From a virus (Duplodnaviria; Caudoviricetes): DNA of 62,931 bases. The notes beneath the pieces were generated by a model that saw nothing but the letters and a program-made list of their open reading frames with translations, was not told the DNA's origin and ran no database searches. A program made the position numbers and the translations under genes. Below are positions 8,750 to 18,019 of the stretch, in pieces. Location: positions 1-62,931 of the IMG/VR virus record IMGVR_UViG_3300017782_000013. One strand, written 5' to 3'. The stretch's first letter is position 1; every line of letters starts with the position of its first letter.

Positions 8750-10635
8750 ATTTCACATCCTCCCGCAGTACATGATAGTTCTTGAACACCCTTGACGTTA
8801 TCATCTTCTTCAACTAAAGAATCCCAGTTCAGTTCTGTCGGCATTTTAGCTAATAACTCCTTATATTGCTCCTCAGTACATTCTTCATAAGGTGCTTGTT
8901 TGTATGTACCGCCATCCCAAGGGAGAAAAGATATACCAGAAATTTTACTAAAGTTTTTCCAAACCCAAGCTCCTACTTCTACCCATTCTTCTTCTTTGAC
9001 AGAAATAGTTACTGATGGTTTATGTTCGCACCACTCTTCCTGATACATCAACCATAGTTCTAAATGTTCAATGGCGGTTAAATCTTTTCTCATTATAGCT
9101 GATTCAGGTGATTTTATGGGGAATGAAAACACCGCAGTAGAATCGGGTTTCATTACACAATCCTCAGTAGGTACACCTGACTTCTTTAAAAAATCCGTAA
9201 GAGGGTCTTTTTTATCTCCACGCACCCTACGAATATAATAAGGGCTATGTCTACCATGAATACCAGAGGCAGTATTGCACAACTGACTAACAGTCCCAGA
9301 AGGCTTGACACAAGTGATAGCAGTCGATTGCGGGATTCCGAGTAAAACAGATAAGTCAGCGTTTGTTTTAACAGCCACTTGTTTGAGGTCTGCGAGTATT
9401 CCCCTAGTTCCGTCATCAACTTTCCCCATAAATTGGTTGTCTAAAATACCTGTAAGAGAAACACCTAACAGCCTTTCTTCCTCTGTATTCTTCTGCCATA
9501 TTTTGCGTAAGTATGGAAAATGAGTAAGTGTCGATTGCCAAGTACCTAATATTGTAGCTATTTCTACTTTTTCTTTCAAGGTTGCGGGAGTATCTTCTTC
9601 CCTCACTATTACCTCTGAGAGATTACAGAACTGATAAGGACGCAAAATAATTTCGCTGCAAGGATTACAACCAAATTCATAATTGGAGAGTCTTCTTTTG
9701 AGGGATGCTACTTGTCGTTTACTAGCCCCTCTACTAAATATCCCACGCTCTCCTGATTTTGAATCATACAAACTTTTCCATTCAGATAAAAATTGTCCAG
9801 TATCAGGTTCTACCTCATATACTGCTGAGTTATTAGCTAAGGCTCTTTGTCCCTCTTGTTGCCACCATGCTCCTGACTTACAAGACCTCATATGGTCGTC
9901 CTCTAAATCAGATAAAGAAATCATAGCTGACCTACGCACACCACCAACTACTACAACTTCCCCAATCTTACACATAATATCGTGGCACTCGATTGAGTTT
10001 AGCTTACGACCTGCTGCTTTGCGAAACTTACCAATTACAAATTTGAACAAACTTTCAAGTGGTTCTGGGCCTGATGCTCTACCACCAAATGTTTTTAATC
10101 TAGCTCCTGATGGTCTAACTTTTCTCATATCCCATTTTGGAATCTCGCCAGAATATAACAAAGCGATTAACTGTCTTAGGCTTTTCGCCCAACCCTCTTT
10201 ACTATCTGACACCGAAATAACGGTTTCAGACTCAAACATCTTTTCTGGTATTTCGGGTAACTGATTTATATACTTGTGTTCGACTGAGTAGCCGACACCA
10301 GTTCCGCACAAAAGAATATACATAGATTCGTCAAACGATTTCACATCATCAACAGGCAAATAACTACAATTGTAAGCTGCTGTGTTATCTCTTTCACAAG
10401 CCCTTCCGCCCGTCATAATCGCTCTCATGCTAGGCATAACTTCTAACTTGCATATTGCTTCATGCACTCTAAACTTAGTAGGGGTATCAACTACATGACC
10501 AACCTCTTTTTCTAAATGATTAACCATGAAATCCATATACCGACTGACGGATTCACTCCAATTCTCTCTCCTTTTTTCGTCTGTCATATATCGTGCGTAT
10601 CTGCTCTTAGCTATAAATTGGCTATATAAGTCCAT
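8746..10635 (-). CDS. nrdJ: Class II (adenosylcobalamin-dependent) ribonucleotide reductase, monomeric RTPR type
   Basis: YNCSY, VVVGGVRRSA, NPCSEI, FCNLSE, CVKPSGT, WCEHKPS and C-terminal CTAGGCEI; no beta-subunit gene. Confidence 0.93.
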   Translation of the reverse strand: MDLYSQFIAKSRYARYMTDEKRRENWSESVSRYMDFMVNHLEKEVGHVVDTPTKFRVHEAICKLEVMPSMRAIMTGGRACERDNTAAYNCSYLPVDDVKSFDESMYILLCGTGVGYSVEHKYINQLPEIPEKMFESETVISVSDSKEGWAKSLRQLIALLYSGEIPKWDMRKVRPSGARLKTFGGRASGPEPLESLFKFVIGKFRKAAGRKLNSIECHDIMCKIGEVVVVGGVRRSAMISLSDLEDDHMRSCKSGAWWQQEGQRALANNSAVYEVEPDTGQFLSEWKSLYDSKSGERGIFSRGASKRQVASLKRRLSNYEFGCNPCSEIILRPYQFCNLSEVIVREEDTPATLKEKVEIATILGTWQSTLTHFPYLRKIWQKNTEEERLLGVSLTGILDNQFMGKVDDGTRGILADLKQVAVKTNADLSVLLGIPQSTAITCVKPSGTVSQLCNTASGIHGRHSPYYIRRVRGDKKDPLTDFLKKSGVPTEDCVMKPDSTAVFSFPIKSPESAIMRKDLTAIEHLELWLMYQEEWCEHKPSVTISVKEEEWVEVGAWVWKNFSKISGISFLPWDGGTYKQAPYEECTEEQYKELLAKMPTELNWDSLVEEDDNVKGVQELSCTAGGCEI

Positions 10636-12465
10636 TTAACAATCTCCATAAGATTTTCCAAAAGTCGCCTCGCAAGACAAAGGTAATCCCTTAGCCCATT
10701 GAGGCACGAAATTCATACTATTTTGAACATAAGAAAGGGCTTCTTCGATTTCAGATTCTCTTGCTACACACACAACAGAATCATGAACAGTCAATGCTAC
10801 TTTGTATTGTTTAGAAATTAAAAGCAATTGCTCCGCAACAATACACCTTGCAAGGGCTTGTACTACGTTCTCAACAACAGAACCACCCCAAATATTGACT
10901 TCTCCATCTCTTGACTCGTAAGAAAATTTAATGCGATTGTTTTCAGTTTTATGTTTTAACTTCGGGTATCTTATTTTAAAAGAATTAGGTAACTCAAAAC
11001 AATTTGCATTTATATTAGGGACACCCCTAACTCCAAATATCCCATCTTCTCCTTTTTTCTCTTCAAACAGTTCTAACATTTTATCAGCTTGATTCCACAA
11101 TTCAACCACTTTATTATTAACTTTTCTATATGAACCTACAATTGCTTTAGATTCTTCGTCTGTAATATATAATGGAGAACTACTAACCTTTAAATACGAC
11201 TGGAACTTCTGCCAACCCGTGCCATACCCACAACCAAGCACCGCAGTTTTACCTACAAAGCGTTCGATTGGTGATATTTTTTCGACTTCCTTATTATATA
11301 TTTTAGAAGCCATAATCTTGTAAACGTCCTGCTTATCTGCAAATTGTTTTACTACATTGTCTTGACCAGAAAGCCAAGCTAAAACTCTTGCCTCTATTTG
11401 TGATGAATCACAATTTATAATTACATAACCATCAGGAGCAACCAAAGCCTTTTTAATAACAGACTTTTCTTTATCACGGCTAGGTAAGTTTTGTAAGTTT
11501 ACTTTATCCGAGCCTGACCACCTTCCCGTGTGTGCCCCATAGTATTTTAACGGAATAGGTAATTTGTTATTCATTCTTTGAGCTACGCCAATAAATCTTT
11601 CTAACCTAGTTTCTTCGATAGTAGATTTTATTGATAGTCTAGCTTCGGCTAACATTTTTATAGGTACACATTTGTGTTTCAATAAATCTAAAAAAGCAAC
11701 ATCTGTTTTTGCCAACGCTAAAGTTTCTTTTCCAGTCCGAGGGCTAATTTTTGTAGGTGGTTCTACACCTAAATTTTCCAGTAACATGGCGAACTTCTGA
11801 TTCGACATTATGGTTTCCCTGTCTTGACCGCAATCATTTAGTATCTTCTTTTTTTCAGTTAAAACTTTCTTCAATTGTTTAGTGAGTAAATCTACCTGGA
11901 GATTCAATACTGGTTCTAAATACATATTTAGAGTGGTATGGATTAGCTGCAGCTCGCTGAGTGGACAAGACTTCACTAGACACTTAAAAAGTTTGTAAGT
12001 TAGTTCAACATCATTCTTACAATATTTTGCGTACTGTTTTAATTCTTGTTCAGAAAAATCTACTTTTCGTTTATCTTTTGCCTCGTGAACCTCCGTGCCT
12101 TTCTCTCCTATGTTATATCTTTCAGAGAGTGCTTTTAATGACGCACCTTGTTCTACTCCGTGTAATGCTCTGCCCATACAAAGTGTGTCTAGCCAACCTA
12201 ACTTTGGTGATAACCCAAATTTAAACTTGAGTATCGCTCCATCAAATAAAGTATTGTGTGCAAGGCAAAACGTAGACCAATCAAACTTATAAAGAAACTC
12301 TTTTGTTTCCTCAAACGTACCAGAAAACCATTCAGTCTCTTGGTCGCCTTGTTTAACCGCCACCCCTATGATTTCAAAGTCAGAATGATTTATATATTCT
12401 TCGGTAGTAAGTTTGGTAAGAGAATAACCTCGACCATAAAAAGTTTCAAAGTCTATGGTTATCAT
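10636..12465 (-). CDS. polA: Family A DNA polymerase with 3'-5' exonuclease domain
   Basis: IDFET (ExoI), TGRWSG...NLQN, DSSQIEAR (motif A), RFVGKTAVLGCGYG (motif B), VHDS (motif C). Confidence 0.93.
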   Translation of the reverse strand: MITIDFETFYGRGYSLTKLTTEEYINHSDFEIIGVAVKQGDQETEWFSGTFEETKEFLYKFDWSTFCLAHNTLFDGAILKFKFGLSPKLGWLDTLCMGRALHGVEQGASLKALSERYNIGEKGTEVHEAKDKRKVDFSEQELKQYAKYCKNDVELTYKLFKCLVKSCPLSELQLIHTTLNMYLEPVLNLQVDLLTKQLKKVLTEKKKILNDCGQDRETIMSNQKFAMLLENLGVEPPTKISPRTGKETLALAKTDVAFLDLLKHKCVPIKMLAEARLSIKSTIEETRLERFIGVAQRMNNKLPIPLKYYGAHTGRWSGSDKVNLQNLPSRDKEKSVIKKALVAPDGYVIINCDSSQIEARVLAWLSGQDNVVKQFADKQDVYKIMASKIYNKEVEKISPIERFVGKTAVLGCGYGTGWQKFQSYLKVSSSPLYITDEESKAIVGSYRKVNNKVVELWNQADKMLELFEEKKGEDGIFGVRGVPNINANCFELPNSFKIRYPKLKHKTENNRIKFSYESRDGEVNIWGGSVVENVVQALARCIVAEQLLLISKQYKVALTVHDSVVCVARESEIEEALSYVQNSMNFVPQWAKGLPLSCEATFGKSYGDC

Positions 12466-12754
12466 CTATTCTTTTCAATATCCTATGTAAATGCTCTAAG
12501 TTATCTTCGTTGACTACGAGTGCAGTCCCTCCTGCTGTTTTGATTTTTTCTAAATTAGATAATTGGAGAGCAGTAGGTTTGTTTGTACCCGCCTTACATT
12601 CAATACCAATAAAATTACCATGTAGACAAGCAATTATGTCAGGTATTCCACTACTACCATATCCGCCTGTAACTGGGTAAAAATAGTAACAATCGAATTG
12701 CTTTAAAATACTAACGCATTTATCTTTAACTTTTTTTTCTGGTGTTTTTGCCAT
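12446..12754 (-). CDS. VRR-NUC domain nuclease (Holliday junction resolvase-like)
   Basis: PEKKVK...GIPDII...IECKA...TALQ. Confidence 0.88.
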   Translation of the reverse strand: MAKTPEKKVKDKCVSILKQFDCYYFYPVTGGYGSSGIPDIIACLHGNFIGIECKAGTNKPTALQLSNLEKIKTAGGTALVVNEDNLEHLHRILKRIDDNHRL

Positions 12755-13007
12755 AATATTTCTCTATTATTTCCTCATAATTTTCTCTTACAAACTCTAA
12801 ACAATGAATAGCTTTTTCAATATCCTGAAGTCCGCCTTTATCAGAAAACCTTGAAATATATCTTAGAACATCACTCGTCCAAGGGTCTAAGCCCCACCGC
12901 AATCTTACTTCCCAAGGTTGTAATTTTTTCTTAGTGTAGTGGTCGCCACCAACTTGTTTTAAACCATCTTTTATATAATCTTTAATTGTTCCGTGTTCTT
13001 TTTTCAT
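12726..13007 (-). CDS. DUF3310-like protein
   Basis: QVGGDHY...RYISR...KGGLQDIEKA. Confidence 0.82.
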   Translation of the reverse strand: MKKEHGTIKDYIKDGLKQVGGDHYTKKKLQPWEVRLRWGLDPWTSDVLRYISRFSDKGGLQDIEKAIHCLEFVRENYEEIIEKYYGKNTRKKS

Positions 13008-13255
13008 CTTTTAAATCCTAATCTTTCTCTACGTTCTTGGTCATCTTCAAAGTGTAGCAACATACACTCTTGTCTTAATTTTTCTTCTGTCCATTTATAC
13101 TGTGCTTCTGCAATTTTGTTTCCATCTCCATAACCCATTTTATACGCAGTTTCCCACATTGATTTCATATGGTCTATATTGTTTACAGTTGCGTAATAAG
13201 TTAAAAATGCTGTACCCAAAATACATAAAGAGAAAAAAAATTTATTCATCTTCAA
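13004..13255 (-). CDS. Hypothetical protein with an N-terminal membrane anchor or signal
   Basis: 83 aa, hydrophobic N-terminus, overlaps both neighbours. Confidence 0.65.
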   Translation of the reverse strand: MKMNKFFFSLCILGTAFLTYYATVNNIDHMKSMWETAYKMGYGDGNKIAEAQYKWTEEKLRQECMLLHFEDDQERRERLGFKR

Positions 13256-14318
13256 GCCTTTCTTCTATCAATTTTTTGTAGTCAGGATTCAGTTCTATCA
13301 ATACTGAATGGCGGTTGTTTTTCTTGGCTACTAACCCTGTTGTACCCGCACCCGCAAATGGGTCTAAAATATATCTTTGGGGAGGACAACTTGCCAACAC
13401 GCAAGGCTCAATCAAATCCTCTGGGTAAGTGGCAAAATGAGCCTTTTTGTATGGTTTAGTTGTAACACTCCAAACACTTCTTTTATTTTTCTTTAAACCA
13501 TTTTTACCTGACATTGAGTTCATTTTTGTGCCTCGTCTAGCATCTCCCCGTGAACCTCTATCGTCATTAGGGTATTTGCATGGTTCTTTAATAGCTTCGT
13601 TATCAAAGTAATAGCTTTTGTTTTTACTAAATAGAAAAATATATTCGTGTGCTTTCGTACATCTATCTTTTACAGACTCAGGCATAGGATTTGGTTTGTG
13701 CCAAATTATATCTTGTCTTAAATACCACCCAAACTCTTGCATGGCGAACGCAAACTTCCACGGGATTCCCATGAGGTCTTTCTCTTTGTAATTATATAAT
13801 TTATTAGCCCGTTTCGGGTTGTGTGAAGGCAAATCCTGTGATGTTTTACTGACTGTTTGCTTTGGCATAGATTGTCCACGCTTTGGTCGATAGTTATAAT
13901 AACTATCCCCAAGATTTACCCATACAGTTCCATCTTCACGCAACACTCTATGTACTTCAGCAAAGACACTTACTAGGCTACTAATATATAATTCAGGAGT
14001 TTCTTCTAGTCCAAGCTGTTCATCATCTCTAACCGCACCACACTTCGGACAAGTCGTTTTATAAATAGCATCTCCTACTACTGAGCCTTGGTCGTGCATA
14101 CCTTGATGTCCTGTAATCGTTTTTACAGTTTTACCAATTTTTGTAGTTCTTTTATGTGGACAGTTCGAGTCGCCACCAATCCATTTTCCAGTTCCGTAAT
14201 CTCGGAGTCCGTAATATGGCGGAGAGGTGATAACTGATTGTATTGATTTTTCTGGCATTGTCTGTATTACATCTTTACAGTTGCCAACCTTAATAATTGT
14301 TTTAGGCGGTAATATCAT
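13242..14318 (-). CDS. N4-cytosine/N6-adenine DNA methyltransferase (beta class)
   Basis: TSPPY, IIWHKPN, HEYIF, HFATYP and DPFAGAGTT motifs; CPH...CPKC insert. Confidence 0.92.
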   Translation of the reverse strand: MILPPKTIIKVGNCKDVIQTMPEKSIQSVITSPPYYGLRDYGTGKWIGGDSNCPHKRTTKIGKTVKTITGHQGMHDQGSVVGDAIYKTTCPKCGAVRDDEQLGLEETPELYISSLVSVFAEVHRVLREDGTVWVNLGDSYYNYRPKRGQSMPKQTVSKTSQDLPSHNPKRANKLYNYKEKDLMGIPWKFAFAMQEFGWYLRQDIIWHKPNPMPESVKDRCTKAHEYIFLFSKNKSYYFDNEAIKEPCKYPNDDRGSRGDARRGTKMNSMSGKNGLKKNKRSVWSVTTKPYKKAHFATYPEDLIEPCVLASCPPQRYILDPFAGAGTTGLVAKKNNRHSVLIELNPDYKKLIEERLEDE

Positions 14319-14631
14319 CTACTTCTCCCTCGACCGATTTAATTAAATTTATTATTTGGTCTTGGGTTAAGTAGCATTGAACAGAGAGGTCATGTTGTTT
14401 ATCCGTTACTAAACGCTTAAAAAAACCATTGTCGTTAAAAGTAGAGTCTACCAATTTAGATATTATATCTTTTGGTATTTGGTTTTCTGTAACAACTAAA
14501 TGATTTAACCTATCGTACTTTGACGGCATCTTTGTAGAATCCAAGATGACAAACTTCCAACAAGTTTTTGGCTCTGATACCAGAGATTTTTTTCTTTTAA
14601 ACTCAACCCAAATATCTTTTTCTTCACTCAT
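14302..14631 (-). CDS. Hypothetical protein
   Basis: 109-aa ORF overlapping the methyltransferase start. Confidence 0.65.
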   Translation of the reverse strand: MSEEKDIWVEFKRKKSLVSEPKTCWKFVILDSTKMPSKYDRLNHLVVTENQIPKDIISKLVDSTFNDNGFFKRLVTDKQHDLSVQCYLTQDQIINLIKSVEGEVDDITA

Positions 14632-14702
14632 TTTTTATTATTTTATACCCCTATGTAAAGCTGTAATGTAAATACTACCATACTAATTTTATGCGATACC
14701 AG

Positions 14703-14858
14703 TTATTTTATTTTATTCTTTTCCGTAACTTTAATTTTGTCTTCGGTACTCATGTCTTGCCAATTACATATTTCTTCGACTGTTCTATTGCAACCGATAC
14801 AGACGTTATCTTTTAATTCGCACACGCCAATACAAGGGGACTCTATCTCTGTTTCCAC
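14703..14858 (-). CDS. DUF1289-like small Cys-rich protein (not in track)
   Basis: GTG start; VETEIESPCIGVCELKDNVCIGCNRTVEEICNW... matches the SPC.GVC...C.GC.RT..EI..W signature. Confidence 0.8.
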   Translation of the reverse strand: METEIESPCIGVCELKDNVCIGCNRTVEEICNWQDMSTEDKIKVTEKNKIK

Positions 14859-14884
14859 ATCTTATTTTATCATTTTGAGTAGAC

Positions 14885-14914
14885 AAAAAAAAGGCAACCA
14901 TTATCGGTTGCCTT
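14885..14914 (-). terminator. Intrinsic terminator ending the early operon
   Basis: Minus strand AAGGCAACC-GATAAT-GGTTGCCTT followed by a T run. Confidence 0.8.
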
Positions 14915-14925
14915 AAAATAAGCTG

Positions 14926-14941
14926 ACGGCAAGATTGCCGT
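14926..14941. promoter_or_regulatory. ACGGC-N6-GCCGT palindrome, copy 1
   Basis: ACGGCAAGATTGCCGT, intergenic; one of four copies. Confidence 0.65.
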
Positions 14942-15033
14942 TTGATAATTTAGCCGTTCATAGTTTTACAGAATATATATTTTGTAAGTATCTAGTTCGC
15001 TGCTGACATCAGCTACATAACAAAAATTACAAA

Positions 15034-15423
15034 TTATATCTTGTGCGAAATTCTTTTCAGAGTCGCCTCCAAGTCAACTAGATTTTCTCGCATATAATCT
15101 TCTGCTGAGATACCAGGTTTCTGTCTTAACTCCTGTAATCTATCTTTCACAACTTGTATCTGAGCTTGGACTAAACTCCTTGACACTTTCTTAAAGAAAC
15201 AATATTTCTCAAACACTTTCAATCCTGTCCATGCTTGCTTGTGCGTTGGTTCTCTACCAATATGTTTCTTCATAGAAATAGACCTACAAATATCTATTTC
15301 ACGGGGGGTTAGATGTTCTGTTTCCTTACCCCAGATGATAACCTTTTCCCACTCAGAACAAGTGATAAAAGCACAACGCTCAATTCTTGATACTGAACCC
15401 ATGATAACGTCATTCATTTTCAT
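15034..15423 (-). CDS. Hypothetical protein
   Basis: 129 aa, coupled to the upstream ORF. Confidence 0.7.
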   Translation of the reverse strand: MKMNDVIMGSVSRIERCAFITCSEWEKVIIWGKETEHLTPREIDICRSISMKKHIGREPTHKQAWTGLKVFEKYCFFKKVSRSLVQAQIQVVKDRLQELRQKPGISAEDYMRENLVDLEATLKRISHKI

Positions 15424-15578
15424 TTGACACTCCTGTTTTTAGATTTATAAGAATAATACTCCTCTTCAACAACTACCAACTTAGAGAAATCGCTTTGCTT
15501 CATCTTCTCCGCTACGTCTTTGGGAATATGTATTAGCACAAACTTTTCCTCCAGCCGTTTCTTCAAACTAAGTTCCAT
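15420..15578 (-). CDS. Hypothetical protein
   Basis: Start MELSLKK preceded by AAAGGAG. Confidence 0.6.
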   Translation of the reverse strand: MELSLKKRLEEKFVLIHIPKDVAEKMKQSDFSKLVVVEEEYYSYKSKNRSVK

Positions 15579-15592
15579 ACCAACTCCTTTCT

Positions 15593-15757
15593 TTAGTGAT
15601 AAGTTTTTATCCATTTTTGTAATAGACTTCTTGCGGTGTATTTATCAACATCAAACTCAGCCATGATAAGTCTTGTTGTACCCATCATGTTGACTTCGCC
15701 TGATTCTCTAAGTAAGTCTAAGTAGAAAAATACTTCATCTTGGTTTTCATGTTCCAT
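15593..15757 (-). CDS. Small conserved phage protein (LRESG.VNM.G family)
   Basis: MEHENQDEVFFYLDLLRESGEVNMMG...; AGGAG RBS; TGATG overlap. Confidence 0.75.
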   Translation of the reverse strand: MEHENQDEVFFYLDLLRESGEVNMMGTTRLIMAEFDVDKYTARSLLQKWIKTYH

Positions 15758-17937
15758 CAGTTTTCTCCTAATATATAATATGCTTCGACTTCTTCTTTCT
15801 CGCCGCACTTGCTAATTACTTCTGCGGTACTTTTGTGAAATTTATCTTCCACAAATTTTTTGTTCCAACCAATTGGGTGGATAATCCAATCGTTAGAATA
15901 TGTGCTGTTAGCGTATTGATGAAACAAAATCATATCTCTCTCAGGAATATAATTACAAATAGCTTTCCTGTAATGCTTTCCACCACGATATTCTTTTTTA
16001 CCATCTGAACCTATTTCGTACGAAACAAAACCCTCTCTATCAAACTCTTCTTCCATTCTTGCGAACGTCAGGTTGGTAAACTGTTCCCCAAATAAATCTT
16101 TGTTGAATTTGGTAATGTCGTCTATATGTTTAAGTTGAAACAATCGTGTTTCTTGGTTTCTGTAATTACCCTTGTATAAAAACATATTGTTGGAATTTGG
16201 TAATTGGACTGTATTAGTTTCATTAAACAAATTATTTATCTCTTCTTGTCTGATGAGTAATTTATTCGTATCTTTGACAAGACCACTAGAAGGCACAACG
16301 CCAACCTCATAACTTTCCAAATACATAAATCCATAACAACCATTCTTACCAAGAGGTAACAGACCCACATAGTTTACAAACGATTTGTTTATCCTCGTAT
16401 TTTCGTTAGCCAACTCCAAGTAGTTTGGTAAGGCATCATCAAACATATATTTGATAAGGTCTGAACCAAATACATTTTCGAGTATGTCAGACGTACTACT
16501 GTCCAAAGAAATAGTATTGTTAGTAAACGCTGATTTGACACTTTTTGACTTGATGAAAGAATCAATCGTCTTTAGTTTGTCAGAAGATATATTCTTTTTC
16601 ATGCCATCTGTCATGTTGTCTATCAATAACTTGAGTATCAACCAACGACTGTCTCGATTATCTACTCCGTTTCCAGTCAAATTAAAACCACCATCTCTTT
16701 CGACTGTACCGATATGTAAATCTTCTTTGTCTAATCTCCTCTTGTAACGTGAGCCATCTTTCAGGTCGGTATCACTTGGTTCAAATATATGTTTGGTAGT
16801 CATGCCCTCCGTAATTTCTAACTTCAATCCATGATTAGCGTTGTCGCAATAATCATGAATAAAATCCAATTTATCGTTTAACTCTCGCCTACGAATTTTC
16901 TTAAAGAAAGTAGAAAACGAATTGTTGTAGTTGGACACATCTCTCGTATTACGCAATTGAGACTCGCTCGACAATCGAGTAGAGTGAATAGAGTATTGCG
17001 TAGTTGGGTTAACTTCGCTATGTCTTTTACCCTCTCTCGAATTGTAGTCATACTGGTCATAGTGAGAAATGCGGAGCATTGTAAGAGGTACGCAATCTTC
17101 ATCAGTCACTAAGAAATTACATGATTGTCCAGACCTTTTTGAATCGCTACCATCATGAGGTTTCAAATATTCTGCACTAAAATCTAACCCTTGTAGAGTC
17201 TGCAAAGTACCATGTCCAACAATAGAAGAAAATTGTTTGCCCTCCGCAATATCATGCAATCCTTGACAAATATCCATTATCGTTTTGTTTTTAGTATTCA
17301 TTGTTCTAAACAAATCTTGACAAACAAAACCATGCTTGTTGTCGTGCAATAAAAACAAATGGTGTCCTGTTTCCAAATTTGAAAACTGATTGGAAAGAAA
17401 CGTGTCGTTGGGTATCTTTGTTTCGTTGGGGTTGATATCAACTAGGTCAATTTTTTCCGTAGGGAAATCTCGTTTGTTTGGTACATCAAAAATATTCCAT
17501 GTCCCTGTTGAATGATACACTTGTTTGATTGTAGTTTTAGCCAACGTAGTTGGGTGGGTTATAGTACCATCTGAGCCATGCCCTACTTCAAATTCTTGTA
17601 GAGCCGACTTTCCATGATTATATAATTCCTTGGCGACTTCTCTTGCGTCTCTATGTTTTAGTACAGGGTTCTGTCTGATGAACCAATCTGGGTGTATTTT
17701 TGAAAACTTTTTTGTAAGACTCAAACAAGAATTTTCAAACTCACTCTTTGTTCCCATGTAAAAGAATCTCAAGTTTGTTTCCTTGCCGAACTTCTTTTTG
17801 AACCCATACAAAAATTCCTGTACATCAAATCTAAAATCGGCTGACTTGAAATTGTATGCACGAATGGGATAATGCTTTGAAACTTCATACATATCTTTAC
17901 AACTGAAATTACCAAATCTTTGGTCAACTTGACTCAT
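15757..17937 (-). CDS. Large orphan protein, 726 aa
   Basis: Long ORF with GAGGAG RBS; no motif recognised. Confidence 0.8.
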   Translation of the reverse strand: MSQVDQRFGNFSCKDMYEVSKHYPIRAYNFKSADFRFDVQEFLYGFKKKFGKETNLRFFYMGTKSEFENSCLSLTKKFSKIHPDWFIRQNPVLKHRDAREVAKELYNHGKSALQEFEVGHGSDGTITHPTTLAKTTIKQVYHSTGTWNIFDVPNKRDFPTEKIDLVDINPNETKIPNDTFLSNQFSNLETGHHLFLLHDNKHGFVCQDLFRTMNTKNKTIMDICQGLHDIAEGKQFSSIVGHGTLQTLQGLDFSAEYLKPHDGSDSKRSGQSCNFLVTDEDCVPLTMLRISHYDQYDYNSREGKRHSEVNPTTQYSIHSTRLSSESQLRNTRDVSNYNNSFSTFFKKIRRRELNDKLDFIHDYCDNANHGLKLEITEGMTTKHIFEPSDTDLKDGSRYKRRLDKEDLHIGTVERDGGFNLTGNGVDNRDSRWLILKLLIDNMTDGMKKNISSDKLKTIDSFIKSKSVKSAFTNNTISLDSSTSDILENVFGSDLIKYMFDDALPNYLELANENTRINKSFVNYVGLLPLGKNGCYGFMYLESYEVGVVPSSGLVKDTNKLLIRQEEINNLFNETNTVQLPNSNNMFLYKGNYRNQETRLFQLKHIDDITKFNKDLFGEQFTNLTFARMEEEFDREGFVSYEIGSDGKKEYRGGKHYRKAICNYIPERDMILFHQYANSTYSNDWIIHPIGWNKKFVEDKFHKSTAEVISKCGEKEEVEAYYILGEN

Positions 17938-17995
17938 AATAATGCTCCTCTAATATATAATTAATAAGCTATAAATAAAAATAGCGTTTGCACAA

Positions 17996-18019
17996 TTTAC
18001 TTCTTTACTTCTTTACTTC
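17996..18019. repeat. 8-bp tandem repeat (TTTACTTC)x3
   Basis: Three perfect copies abutting the vWA gene stop codon. Confidence 0.85.

Noticed and set aside
9683-10264. 193-aa antisense ORF inside the RNR, and similar shadow ORFs (e.g. 20790-21293, 58104-58631)
   Set aside because: Antisense to well-supported genes, Ser/Leu/Phe-rich, with no motifs
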